64,000 nt of DNA. Source: Vicugna vicugna (taxonomy: Eukaryota). Every line of letters starts with the position of its first letter. Positions within the stretch are counted from its first letter, which is position 1. The notes under the pieces were generated by a model that searched no databases, was not told where the DNA came from, and was given only the letters and a program-made list of their open reading frames with translations. The stretch lies in NCBI GenBank assembly GCA_013265495.1, contig MU058054.1, positions 744,001-808,000 of the forward strand, written 5' to 3'. The position numbers were made by a program, and so were the translations under genes. Below are positions 49,903-61,788 of the stretch, piece after piece.

Positions 49903-51940
49903 ATTGCTCATGTTAGGGCTTGGCTGACAGGCTGACTCTGAGACCCTTCCCTGCTCAAGCCAGTCATCTTTTGCTGAACGTCCGGTTATCACGTTGGCCA
50001 CCTGACTTGTTTATAGGGTCCCCTTAATTCTACTTTTCAGTAGGGGTTAAGGAGAAATCTCTTCTCCCTTGGTATATTGTAGGAGAGTGTGAATGACAAT
50101 AAGGAGTGAGAATTTTTCAAATATACACTTTTTTGTTTAGGAATGGCAGTCGGATGAGGCTCTAAGGCCCGTGTGATTTGCCCACGTTGAAGAGGAAGGC
50201 GCACCAGGCCAGCCCCAGTCAGTCTTTTCCGTAGCATCCCCTGCACTCACACTTGTTACTGCAGAGCCGGAGCTGGGGCCACCTTTCCTGGGTGTTCTGG
50301 ATTTTCTCTTTCAAGGAACTTGCCCTGAGGTTTGATGCTTTTGCCGGGGGAAAGGAAGAAGCTTTAGATGTGATTTGTGCTGTTGTAGAGATGGGGCCCA
50401 AGCCACTGGCCCTGACGATAGTCTCTAGCTTTTTAAAAAAAAAAAAATGCATCTGGGCATTTCATTTGAAGTTAATAGTATCTGAGCTCATGCTAGAATT
50501 GTTGAGAAACCAGTGTGAATTTTTAGACTATAGTAAATGATGCAAGAGGTTCCTACTCTGGTAGGGGTAAAGTAAATCCCTCTCTAGCACGTCACTGGAG
50601 AGGGACAGCACGTGAGAGAGGGAGAGAAACTTAAGGAACTCCCTGTGTGGGCCGTGGCAACAGTATGATCGTATCCTGAGATTTTAGCGTTAGTATTACC
50701 ATGAAGAAATTTTTCTTCATCCCAGAATTGTCCCCTGCTACTCGAGATGTCAGAGCTGTGTTGCCACACCTTATACCCTCAAAACAAGGTGAGCTTCCTC
50801 CTTTCTCTCTCAAAGCCGGAGATCACTGCCAACATAGTAACACTAAGGAGCGGGCTTGCTGGGAGAGGATGTGAGATGTTGGGCAGTGAACCCTGAGTCC
50901 CTTGTGTCACTTCCAGGAGGTGTGGGTCAGCCCCAGGGAAACCGATCGCCAAAGGGGAGGTTTCCACAGCAAGAGTAGCAAGTACAGCAAATCAAAGGCG
51001 TCTTCCTGTTCTGGAGACACTTGGAAACGCACATCCTTAGCCTTCACTGTGGTGCTCACTGCCCTGGCTGTGAACCGGCTCCTGGCACGCGGGCCGAGAA
51101 CTGCTCCCGGCCTAGTGTGAACTCTCAGCCCCTGAGGTCACCAGCAGAAACCAGCTTCAGACCCCTCCGTGCAGCACCTTCTAAGCTCTGCAGAGCCTGA
51201 GACAGATGGCAGGAGGGACCAAATGCTGCAGGTCGCGGGCCAGGGAGACCACAGGAGGGACGGGTTCAGTGATCGGAGCATTCAGGAAGAGCCATTCCAG
51301 GGCACACTGGAGGCTGTCTTGCTTGATGACCACCCCCCCCCCCCGCCCAGTATTCTGAAAGTCTTTGAGACTGTAGTTTACCACCATGCCATCAGTGTTT
51401 CTTTGCGGTAACTGCATTAGCCATTGGTCGGGAATGTAAGGGAAGCTGGTGCCGGGGTTGCAAAATGAAACGTGGCATGTGGTTTTCTTAAAACCTGAAA
51501 GTTTTCAGAAAATACATTAGGTACATGGTTAGAGAAAACAGACTAGAAAAAGCTGTGAACTTGATTTTGTGGATTAAATAAGGCCAGGTGATTAAAATGT
51601 GATTTATTTATAAAGTCTGCTTATGTGTATTTTTATGATTTTGTTGTTTTTCCGTAGAAGGGGTGTGTGGGGCCGGGGTGAAGCCTGCCTTCACTGGTTT
51701 AGGTATAAATAACGAATAATATAAGAGTTTGTCAGACTCACTCTTTTAGAATCCATCATGCATGTGTGTTAATACTTACTCATGATCTTAGCTATCTGGG
51801 AATATTGGCTCCTTGTAGGGGACATGTGGGGTTAAAGCACCCAGTGGTATCTAATAAAGGCCCATTTTTTTAAAGGCCCATTTTAAGAAAACTTATTGTG
51901 AGCTAATAGTGCAATAAAAATTGCAGTCTATCCAAAGTGA
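49903..51940 (+). other. AAGAB: AAGAB 3' UTR (end uncertain, about 51.6-51.95 kb)
   Basis: Follows the stop codon. Candidate poly(A) signals: ATTAAA at 51573 and 51591 followed by a GT/T-rich tract, and AATAAA at 51853 and 51913. Confidence 0.65.
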
Positions 51941-54399
51941 CCTATGGACGTGCCACCCCAGGTCCAGGTTATTATGGCCTGTCTATCTGGGATTTAAAAT
52001 GAGAAACTCAGGTTTTTTTTTTTTCCCCTTAAATGTGTTTCTGTTTGTGTAACAGTGTCTGACACTTAGTAGGCCCTTAATGTTGGTTTGGATTTGGATT
52101 TGACAGTTCGACGGATATGATCAAAGTTTTAAGGTCCATGAGTGTTAAAGGTAGGGAGAGACAAGAATAAACTTTTTTTGTCTGAGAAAATTCATGTGTT
52201 ATGTAATAATTTTAGAGTGATGAAGACATAGATATTTTTATAATTTTAAAATACGTTTTCCTGCCAGAATACAAGAAGATTGACAGACCCAGTTTGCTTG
52301 CTCTCTATTTATAGAACTTGGCCACATCTAATTCAGAGAAGCTGGAGATTCAGGGAAGCTAGACTTTTTAGATGGCTGAGTAACATGGGATGTGGTTCAA
52401 GGACCACAGAGCGTGTCAGGCCATCACTGCAGACACCTTCTGACACGTGACAGATGATACGCGGCTGACTTTGTGTTCACGCCGTGGGGAGGTGGGGAGA
52501 AGCATTTTTGCCGAGGCTTGTCAGATGCCCTGACCTTAGGCCGGTCTCTGAACAATGGCCGTCGAGAGAGCACGTGGAGCGCCCCTTGCCCTGCCTTGGC
52601 CCGCCGCGGAAAAGCAGCCTTAGAAGAATCACTGTCTAAGGGTAAGATGAGAGCTTCCTGAACTATTCTGAGCTGGAGTGTTTGCTGATGCAAAGCTAAA
52701 TTTAGCCAACATGTGTCCAGTGCGGTCAGAGGTTTGATTCATTGAACATTCTGATTGATGGAGACAGTTCCAGAGAATGCTGGATGAGTTCAGAGCAGTG
52801 AGTTAAGAGCTTCCCTTCACCCGCCCCCACCCCCACCCCCGACAAATTTTGAAACGGGACAGTTTAGCTGCAGCATTCTCTCATTAAATGCCAGATCTTA
52901 CAGAGGACTGTAGGTGGAGAAGGTGTGAAAAATCGGGTCACATGGACCACCTTAGTACAGGCTTGGCTTGAAAACAACGCCCCAACAGTTACCTTTCCCA
53001 TAATTTGTATGTTCATGAAAGCAGCACGCTGACTGCGCGGGGCAAAGTCCTAGTTTTGATTTGGATTCCACTTGGGGTTTAGTCGGGTAATCTCCTCCTT
53101 GTGCTGTTGGCGTGTAAGTTCTTGCAGAAAAGCTCTTAGAAATTCTCAGAGTTTTCTATTTGGGGCATTACCTGTGCCTGGTACTAACATCACAGGTCTT
53201 GCCCTAGGTGCTTTATTCGTAGTTAAGTGTGAGTTAACAGTTCTTCTAGCGTGGGAAGTGTCTCTCTCGATACTGAGGTGTTTCTCAGATTTGCACAAGG
53301 AAGAACTGAAAAGAGGTGATAGTAACAGTGTGGGTGTGTTGTTGGAACACTGCTGAGCCCCGTTCCAGCTCTTAATGATGGGCAGTTCTACTTTTGTTTC
53401 TTGTTGGAGAGGTCCTGATTCAAAACCTGGACCTAATGGTTACAATTGCTTCTTTGGAACACAGGTTTGGGAAGAAAAACAATTTTTTTTCCTCTAAAAC
53501 CCTTTATTATCTGTGCATATGTTGATAGGCTCCAAGTCCTTGCTCCCCACAGCTACAAATCTGGGAGGCATAAACAAGCCACGCCATCCTCCCTGGTTCT
53601 CTCCTATGAAGGATGTGACCAGCCACTGCCTCTCCCTGTCTCTCACCAACCAGGTGGCTCTAATGCTGCAAAACATAGGTTAGGTGAGACGTGGGGTAGA
53701 AACTTGATGGAAACAGCAGCGTAATTTAGGAGAGAAGACTCTCTTCATCTGAAGCCCAAGGACAACATAGTCTGCATCAATCGTGTCGCTCCAAGAAATT
53801 GTCAGGAAGCCTTTGATGGTGTTAGAAGGCCTCAAACTTGAAGCTGAGAACAAGCACCTGGAACCTGTTGCTTTATCCGGGTGAGGGGAAGCGAGCACTG
53901 ACTCGACGGGGACCCTTCCTGGTGCCGGGCCGCGGACTTGGGTAAGGGTATGGGTTGGGTTCTCCGGGAGCTCAGCGTCCACCTCAGGTGGGAGAAGGGG
54001 GAGAGCAGGGCGAGGCCGCAAGAGGGGAATGCTGGGCTGGCTGTGAGGGGTGCTGTGCCCAGCCTCAGCTGCTCTGGGAAGGAGAGCGCGGAGCGGGTTG
54101 GGAAGGGCGTAAAATGCGCCGTGGAGCGGTGGCTCTCAAAACTTGAGCCCACGTCAGAATCACCTGCAGGGCCCTGCCCCAGGGTCTTGGTGGGGGGTCT
54201 GGGGAGGTGGGGCTCTCCCTCCCCAGGTGACATTAATGCTGCTGGCCAGAGAGACACTGAGACCCATTGACTGAAGAAGTGATGCTTGAATTGAGCTATT
54301 GGGACGAGACTTTGGGCAGATAGGTGGGTGGAGGCTGCAGAATTCTTAGTGGAAGTTATAGCATGAACGAAGGTACAGAAATAAGGAAACAAGGGTTTA

Positions 54400-56230
54400 T
54401 GCTAGGAAAACCCCAGTAACCCACTTAGAGAAATTACTGGTAGATAAGGAGGGAGTGATGTTGAGATCCTTAACACTATGTGCCTACTCTTGAGGTAATC
54501 AAGAAGCCAAGGGGTTTAGAGCAGAAAAGACATGGAGCCACAACCATTCATTCCAGGGAAGTCTGGCGGCAGCATTAGCCAACACCAGCTGTTGCAGAGC
54601 TGTGTTGAGAAGGATTCTGAGGCTGAGAATGGACTGAGCGCTGTGATGAGTGGTTTTCGCCCTGGATAAAGAGGAAATGGTAACGTTGCCCTGCACTTGC
54701 CAGCCCTGGGCTAGAGGGAGACAAATTAGGAGACTGCTGGGATCGCTGTGGTCAAAGGTAAGGAGAAACTGAACGTTGGTGGTGTGCCTTCAGCCACATG
54801 AAAGGACTCACATGGGGGATGGCACAGTGGAAATGGATGGAAGAGATACTGCTAAGGTAGAGTCTACTACGTGTGGGCACTGACTCACTCAATTTAGCAA
54901 AAATATGTGGTGGCGGAAAGAATACGATGTAGGAGTTCTTCAGGGAACAAGAATAAGGTGTAGACCCTGCTGTCAGGGAGCTCGGCCTGGAGGAGTGGAC
55001 GGACACACAGTTGAGACTGGTGATGGAGGGACGTGTGGAAGGCCTCCCTGGAGGCCAGGTCTGAACTGAGTCTCAGAGCATTTAGTGGAGGTTAGCCACG
55101 TGAACTGGTGGTGTTTCAGGCTGGGGTAGGGGGTGTGGCCGGGGGTGTAGACTGGGGAAGGGGAGTTGCCGTCCCAAGCCGAGTCGTCGGGGGGCTGGTG
55201 TGATACACAAGGAACTGCGCTACACCAGGCTGGGGGGCAGGGGTGAGGCAGCGAGCTGTGAGGGTGGGTCGCGGCCAGATGGTGAGGGTCACGTGGCCAC
55301 GTGAACTGCCTTAGGGTCTGTGCTGTGGAGGGGGGGGGCGCCGCGCAGGTCCGGTGGGTCACTGAGGGCGGGGTGGATGGTGCATCTCTGGGAGAGCAGG
55401 CTGGCGGCCAGGGGAGCAGTTAGGGAGCCGTGCAGGTAGTGGTCCAGGCGCCAGAGGATGCTGGGTACAGGGTCATGAGTGTGGAGGAGCTGGACAGTGG
55501 GCTGTGGGGAGTGAGGCAGTGCTGGACGATGGCGACTTTGTGGCTGCGACTAAAGAGTCCTGACAAAAGCGAGGCTGGAGGCCAGGAGAGGGAGGTGGTT
55601 TAATAAGGCGGCGATGAACTCCCGTTTTACACTGAGTTTGAGGCATCTGTGGCCCCTCCATGTACCAGCAGCTGGCAGGCTGTTGGATACGAGTCTGAGG
55701 CTGGGGATTGATGTCTGGGCTATAAATCCTGATTTGAGGCTCATTAGCATTTATGTGGCTTGAAGTCATGCTGGCAGACGGGATCCCTCAGGGAGGAATG
55801 TCAGGAGTACACACAGTGGTCTGGGGACACCAGCACGGGGGGAGGAGGCGTGGGCCCCAGAAGAAGAGATTGTGTGAGGGGGCCAGGCAGAAGCCCGATG
55901 TCACAGCCTTTCCAGAGGGAGGTCTGATCAGCAGGGGCAGCTGCACAGGGGGTGGGGGACAAGGAAAAGGAATGCAACCAGCTGCCCTGGACTTGGAGGC
56001 TGAGGAGGGGAGGCCGGGAGACCCCTGATGAACATGGGGGGCAGTCAGGAAAGGGCACTCGGCTCGAGCGAGGTGGAGGATGACCGAGTCTGGGGCGCGT
56101 CATCGTCGATCACGTTTAACGGGCAGCTGGAAGTTAAAGTTGTGGCGCTCAAGGCACAGGTTGGGTTGGAGGCATGGATTTGAGAGTCACGTGCTGAGAA
56201 ATTGACTGGACAAAACCCTGGGGGAAGAGT
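54400..56230 (-). mobile_element. Degenerate L2-like sequence in the AAGAB-SMAD3 intergenic gap
   Basis: Purine-rich text resembling the 22.5-25 kb L2 (gcaggtagtggtccaggcg, actgagtttgaggcatctgtgg). Confidence 0.4.
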
Positions 56231-56574
56231 CACTTAGGAAGGTAGAACTGGCTAAGCAGTGACAATGGAAGCAGGAATTTGATGTGTGGTTCGCGGAGGC
56301 CAAAGCCACAGGCTCAGAGGTGCTGCTCCTGTGAAATGTGCCTCCCTCCTGGTGTGGGGAGTGTTTGGGCTCTGGTCAGGTCCTTAGCAGGCAGGCTGCT
56401 GGAGAGGTGCCCCTGCCCACTTCCGTTCTCCTCCTCCCCCGAAATTGCTCATTTTAATCATCTTGTTTCTTAATCCACATTATCTGGGGTCAGTGTAAGA
56501 TTCAGCCAAGGAGACAACTTTGACGTCTCTTTCTCCTTGGGAGTTTGGAATTTAAAATGAATTTTCACAGGAGC

Positions 56575-56713
56575 TAAGTCGTCTGAGCCGGAACCTACTT
56601 CTTTAGCAATCAACACCTCCATGCCTGTGGTGAAATGAGTAAGTCGTCTGAGCCGGAACGTGTGGAAACCTACTTCTTTAGCAATCAACACCTCCATGCC
56701 TGTGGTGAAATGA
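56575..56713. repeat. Two-copy tandem duplication (64 bp and 74 bp units)
   Basis: taagtcgtctgagccggaac[gtgtggaaac]ctacttctttagcaatcaacacctccatgcctgtggtgaaatga occurs twice; the bracketed 10 bp is present only in copy 2. Confidence 0.92.
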
Positions 56714-57084
56714 TTCTGGTGGCATCCAGTCGTTTGCCCAAGGGACAATGCTTGCAGATGATGCAGATGAACCACAAATGCTAGTGACCACGCGGAGACA
56801 GCGGCGACGGGACTGGCACAGCGCTGAGATGTGGGGAGCCATGAGGCTGCAGCCCTCTGCCCGCCCGACCTGGAGACTCTGCCATCCTTGAAGGACCGCC
56901 TGGCACCGCACGTGGCCCTGGGTGAGTGAGCGAGGACCGCGGGGCAGTGGCAGAGTGGGGCCTGGCACATCCTTGGTCCCAGAGCATTTGGGCTTGGACA
57001 CACTTTTCTCAGAAGCCCCCAGGACCTGCTTAAATCTCCTCACCCAGACATGGCAGCAAGAATGAGAGCGAGCTTCTGCCACAG

Positions 57085-60000
57085 CAGCTTTGCAATGAAA
57101 AGTTTATTAGAAGGGCACTTATGGAGGGAGAGGAGGAGAGAGGACACAGGTCTTTAACAGTAGGGGTACAATGCTTCGACAGGGGCGCTGCTCTTAAGAT
57201 ACAAAAGTTAGAAAAATCTAAAACACTATAAATACATACATGCTTTTTACAAAGGTATTAAAAGGTCAGGCGGGCTGAGAAGTGAAGGTAATCAACGTCC
57301 TCCACAGCGTCTTCCCCACCCAAACGCACACCAGAGCGATCCCGCACCGACCAGCCCAGTCGCAAGAGCAGCAGCGAGGGTGGGTGAAGGCTTCCGGGAG
57401 GAAGGGGCTCCCTCCCTCTGTCAAGTTCTCACCGCTGGGAAGGGAGAGGGGCTTGGTTCAGAGGACCCTGCGGAAGGGCCTCCATCTGACTCCGAGCTGC
57501 CTGTGTCACATGCTGCCAGTCACCCCAGCCTGGGGGGAGGGGGGAGGGTGGCTCTCGATGCTGAGCCAAGAAGCCACCGCGCCCTCCAGCGCCATTCAGA
57601 ACTGGCTGTGCCCCCACCTCTTCCCAGCTGCTGTCCTCGGGAGGAGACTCTTCCTTCAACAAATTAAATAGTTATCTGTCTTGAATGGTTTTAAGAAATT
57701 ATTACATAAATATAAAAACAACAGAATGCTCACGTGGGCATTACTTAAGCATTAAAAAAAAATCACTTGAGTTTCTCAATCCAGTTTACACAATAGGCGA
57801 GTATCTCTGTGTGATTGATAGCTGTGTTTCTGGAAGGTTGCCTGTGTACCAAGTCATTTCCCGACTCTTCCGTCTGATTTTGATCCATATCCTCTTGTGT
57901 CCATTTCTCTGCGTTCCCACCCACGTGAGAAGTGGCCGATACTCCTGAAAGACTTACTTGAAAGGGTTCTAGAGGGGAGTGTCTATGCCACACGAAGAAA
58001 AATGGTACAACTTGGCTGTGTTAAGTCGAAGTTTTCTTCTAGCAAAGATGGAAATTTGGGGAAAACTCCCACCTCTGCCACTTGAAGTCACACAGTAAGG
58101 CAGAGGGTCCAGAACTAAACTCGTGCCTGCTCTTGCTACTAGTCACCCCCTTGGTAAACAAGCACGAGCGGGCTGCAGCGTCCTGCCCCTCCCTCCTAAA
58201 GGCTCCGGAGAGTGGCCCGGTGGGAGCTCCGGCCCTGCAGACCCGCACGGAGCCTCCGAAAGGGCAGCTTGGGGCTGAGAATGAAACCAGATATCTGCCT
58301 TTTCCCCAAGCGCCTCACACACATGCTTGACATGCACACATTACTTAAAGAAAACCTCTTTCTGCGGTTTGAGTAAAAGCATTTAGCCCTGGAATATATC
58401 CAAACTCTAGGAAGCCAAAGGGAGATGGAGAAAAACAAACTAAGCACAAGATACGTGCTATACAGCTCATTCCAATACATTAACAATGATTTAAAAAAAT
58501 AATCACCACGGTCAATATAAAAATACAGCACAGACAACATAAGGACAATGGAAAAGTCTGCCAGCAGCCTTGCCCTCATGTGTGTTCCTCCTAAGAGAAG
58601 AGTCCAAGCCCCCCGCTCCTGACTCTGGGCTTGTCTCAAAATGTCAGGTCTTCCGCGGCCTGCCAGGAAGGGGGCCAGCCCAGATGACGGGCCAGCACAG
58701 GCCGGTAACCCGAACCGCCGGGCGGCTGCCTACTGGCACAGGAAGGCTCCAAGTACTAAATAAAGTTAGGAGGGGGGAGGGCGCCGGGAGGAGAGGAGAG
58801 GGACCAGAAGTTGGCTCCTGGGGAGGTGCCGAGGCCAGGCTCTGCACCCGCCACCCCCAGGCAGGCTGGAGGGGCTGTCAGGTCAGCGTCAGCACAAGCC
58901 GCAAGGTGCCTGCGGCCTGGCGGGCAGCCCGGGGCGGGGGCACAGGGCAGGTCGTGCAGCCTAGGCGACTGCACTTAAAATGCTAACCCCCAGCTACTGT
59001 TCCCAACCCCCTCCCCGCCAGACCTGCCCTGATTTCCTCTTGCCCCGTTCAGCTGTCCTTTAAAAACTTTTAATGTATAAATGCCTTTTATGCAAAAGAT
59101 TTTAAAACTCTTCTTCTGACTTGAAGGAGACGCCTACTACACAGGTCTCACAGTGCCTCCACAGCAGGGAAACCAGGTCCTACCCTCAGTGGTGCTGCAG
59201 GGGGGCTGCCCCGCCTTTTCCTCACGCATCCTCCTCCAGCGTCTCATCTATAAAGGGCCAAGTAAGTAGCTTTTGGAAAAACACAATACTAACACTTCAT
59301 ACCTCCTAGAAGTAGCCTTGAGCATCGAGGGTTCTAAGACACCATCCGAATGCAGCCAGACGTGACCACTGGATCGCCCAAACTGGGCTGTACCTGAGGC
59401 CAGTTCCCAAGTAGCTGGGGGACAGCGGTGCGCCACAGGAAGCCTTCAGAGGGGCTCACGAAGCAGGTGGAGAACGCAGGCCCTCAGAGGCTGCTGCCCA
59501 TGGCTTTTAGAGGGGGCACCACGACTGCTCCGGCCAAGGCCGAAACAGAATAAGTAATTCATACCGCGAGTCTCAGACCTGACTGGGAGCAGGATCGCAC
59601 ATCCAGGAGGTTCAGACGGCTTCCTGACTCTGCAAGAAGCCGTTCAGTTATTTCACACCAGGCACAAACGTCAGACCTGCAGATCTGACCCTCTCAGGTG
59701 GAGTGAAGGGTCACGCATTGTCTCTGGGCTCCGTGTCAACAGCCCTGCACGAAGACTAGCCCAGGTCTGGCAAGATGCTCCTTCCGTCTCTTCCTGTGTC
59801 CTCCAGAGGCTTGGCAAGTAGCTCTCCTACCTGGAAACCTCAAGGCTGGAGCTTCAGAGGCCCAGGACCCTGCAAGTGAGGCGCCGGGAGGCCCCCAACA
59901 TCTCCATAAACATCAGAAATGTCATCACAGTTGAGGTTTATACCTGCCAAGAGTAGACACTTTCTTCCCTTCACCTGGAATAAGACAGGACTTCCATAGG

Positions 60001-61512
60001 AAATCCCTTTATTTTTCCTGGTAGAAATCCATGCAAAAATATGGCATAAGTCATTTCATACAAAAAACAGCAGCAAAGAATAAAGTACCAGTTGCAAGCG
60101 GCAATCCTGTCTGCTGTGTTCTGCAAAAGGCCAGTAAAGAGGGCTCTTTTTTTTTTTCCAGTTGAAATAATTTATAATCGTTTTCTCACTAATTGCCACT
60201 GGGAGCAGTACTTATGACACCAGATAACTGCCACACTTGTCTCTGATGAGCCTCTACCGTGAGCCAGATAATTTCATGTCCCAGGAGAAAGATGACAGAC
60301 TTCTTTGCACCAAGCCTGCAATTTTCAAAGGTGTAAAAAAAAAATTTTTTTTAATAGCCCTTTCACTTGCCTATGTTGGCCTGAGATTTTTCCCTCCTGG
60401 TGAATTTGCTTCTGTTCATTTCAGCTTCCAAAAGTGCTGGCAGGTGTCTTCTCTACAAAGCTTGGAGAAGCTTCACGCTGGGAGAGAAGTTGCTGGGTGT
60501 CCGCTCTGGTTTCCCAGCCAGTGTGCCAACCCAGGGTTGCTTGGTTTGCTTTTTAATAGAAAACAAACGTTGTAAAGAGCATACAATCAAGTTAATTTAA
60601 TTAATGCAAGTGACGACATCCACCAGGATAGCCGAATGCATGAGAATACGGAGTGAGCGCTTACAGGGGACTCAAGACCCCGCACACCGTAGTGCTGCCT
60701 TCAGCCGAACGCCCTCACGGACACTGCCTCTTGCTTTGTGTAAATACTCCACGCCAGTCAAATCTCTTTGAGATTAACGTGATGGTATAAACTATACATT
60801 GCGTATGTACTGAGCCTCAACAGAGCCTTCCAACTGTTGAATGTGAGGACAACTTTAAGAGCATTTTTAAAGAAGAGTTGCCTTGCCGCCTTTTCCCACC
60901 ATCTGTGTGTGCCCGTCCGTAACACGCCCGCTCGCGCCATGCCACTCGGTGTGCTCTGAGGGGTGGGGACAGACAAGCCCCCTCCCTGGCCCAAGTCGAT
61001 CCAGCCCCCAGGGTATTCGGTCTGCTGCTGCCGGGGGTTCTGGAACGCTCGGTGAAGAGGGGGGCTGTGTCCGAGGTGTGCTCATGCCTCTGCAGGCGTC
61101 TCCCTCCCTAGAACACCCAAGGTGACTTCCACGCTCTGGTCCTGAACAGAGGGCCATTTCCTGTTGGACAGTGACACCCCAGTTTGCTTTCATTAAAAAA
61201 GAAGGGGGCTGGGGGAGGGGGCAGGTGGGGAACTGCTACCTGTCTGTGCTCCAGCGACCAGAGCAGAGGCCATTTCTTGCCCTTCAAACTGGGGCCGAAG
61301 GGCAAATGTATTCAGCAGACACAGCTGTTCATAAAAATCCCTCTCTGGGTTTGTTTTTGTGTTTTGGAAAACAGGCTGGTGCCACTTTGGTTGAGGGAGA
61401 AAAATTTCTTCTTCCTTGACAACAGTGAGTTGAGTTCTGGTTTTTCCACCTCCTACCTGGCCGTTTCCCCCAAGCCCACCCTCCCCTCCCGCCCCCTTCA
61501 CACCCACTGTCT
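57085..61512 (-). other. SMAD3: SMAD3 3' UTR (~4.4 kb)
   Basis: Largely repeat-free sequence between the stop codon and a minus-strand AATAAA at 57103-57108; the length fits the long SMAD3 mRNA. Cleavage site approximate. Confidence 0.8.
57103..57108 (-). promoter_or_regulatory. SMAD3: Distal polyadenylation signal AATAAA of SMAD3
   Basis: + strand tttatt; minus strand reads cttctAATAAActtttcattgc, preceded by TGTA motifs and T-rich sequence. Confidence 0.75.

Positions 61513-61788
<276 letters not shown>

Noticed and set aside
56575..56713. CRISPR-like repeat-spacer array
   Set aside because: Only two adjacent copies with no unique spacers, in mammalian DNA.
56470..57003. 177-aa ORF with the repeated peptide HFTTGMEVLIAKEVG
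   Set aside because: The repeat is only the translation of the local tandem duplication; there is no coding evidence.
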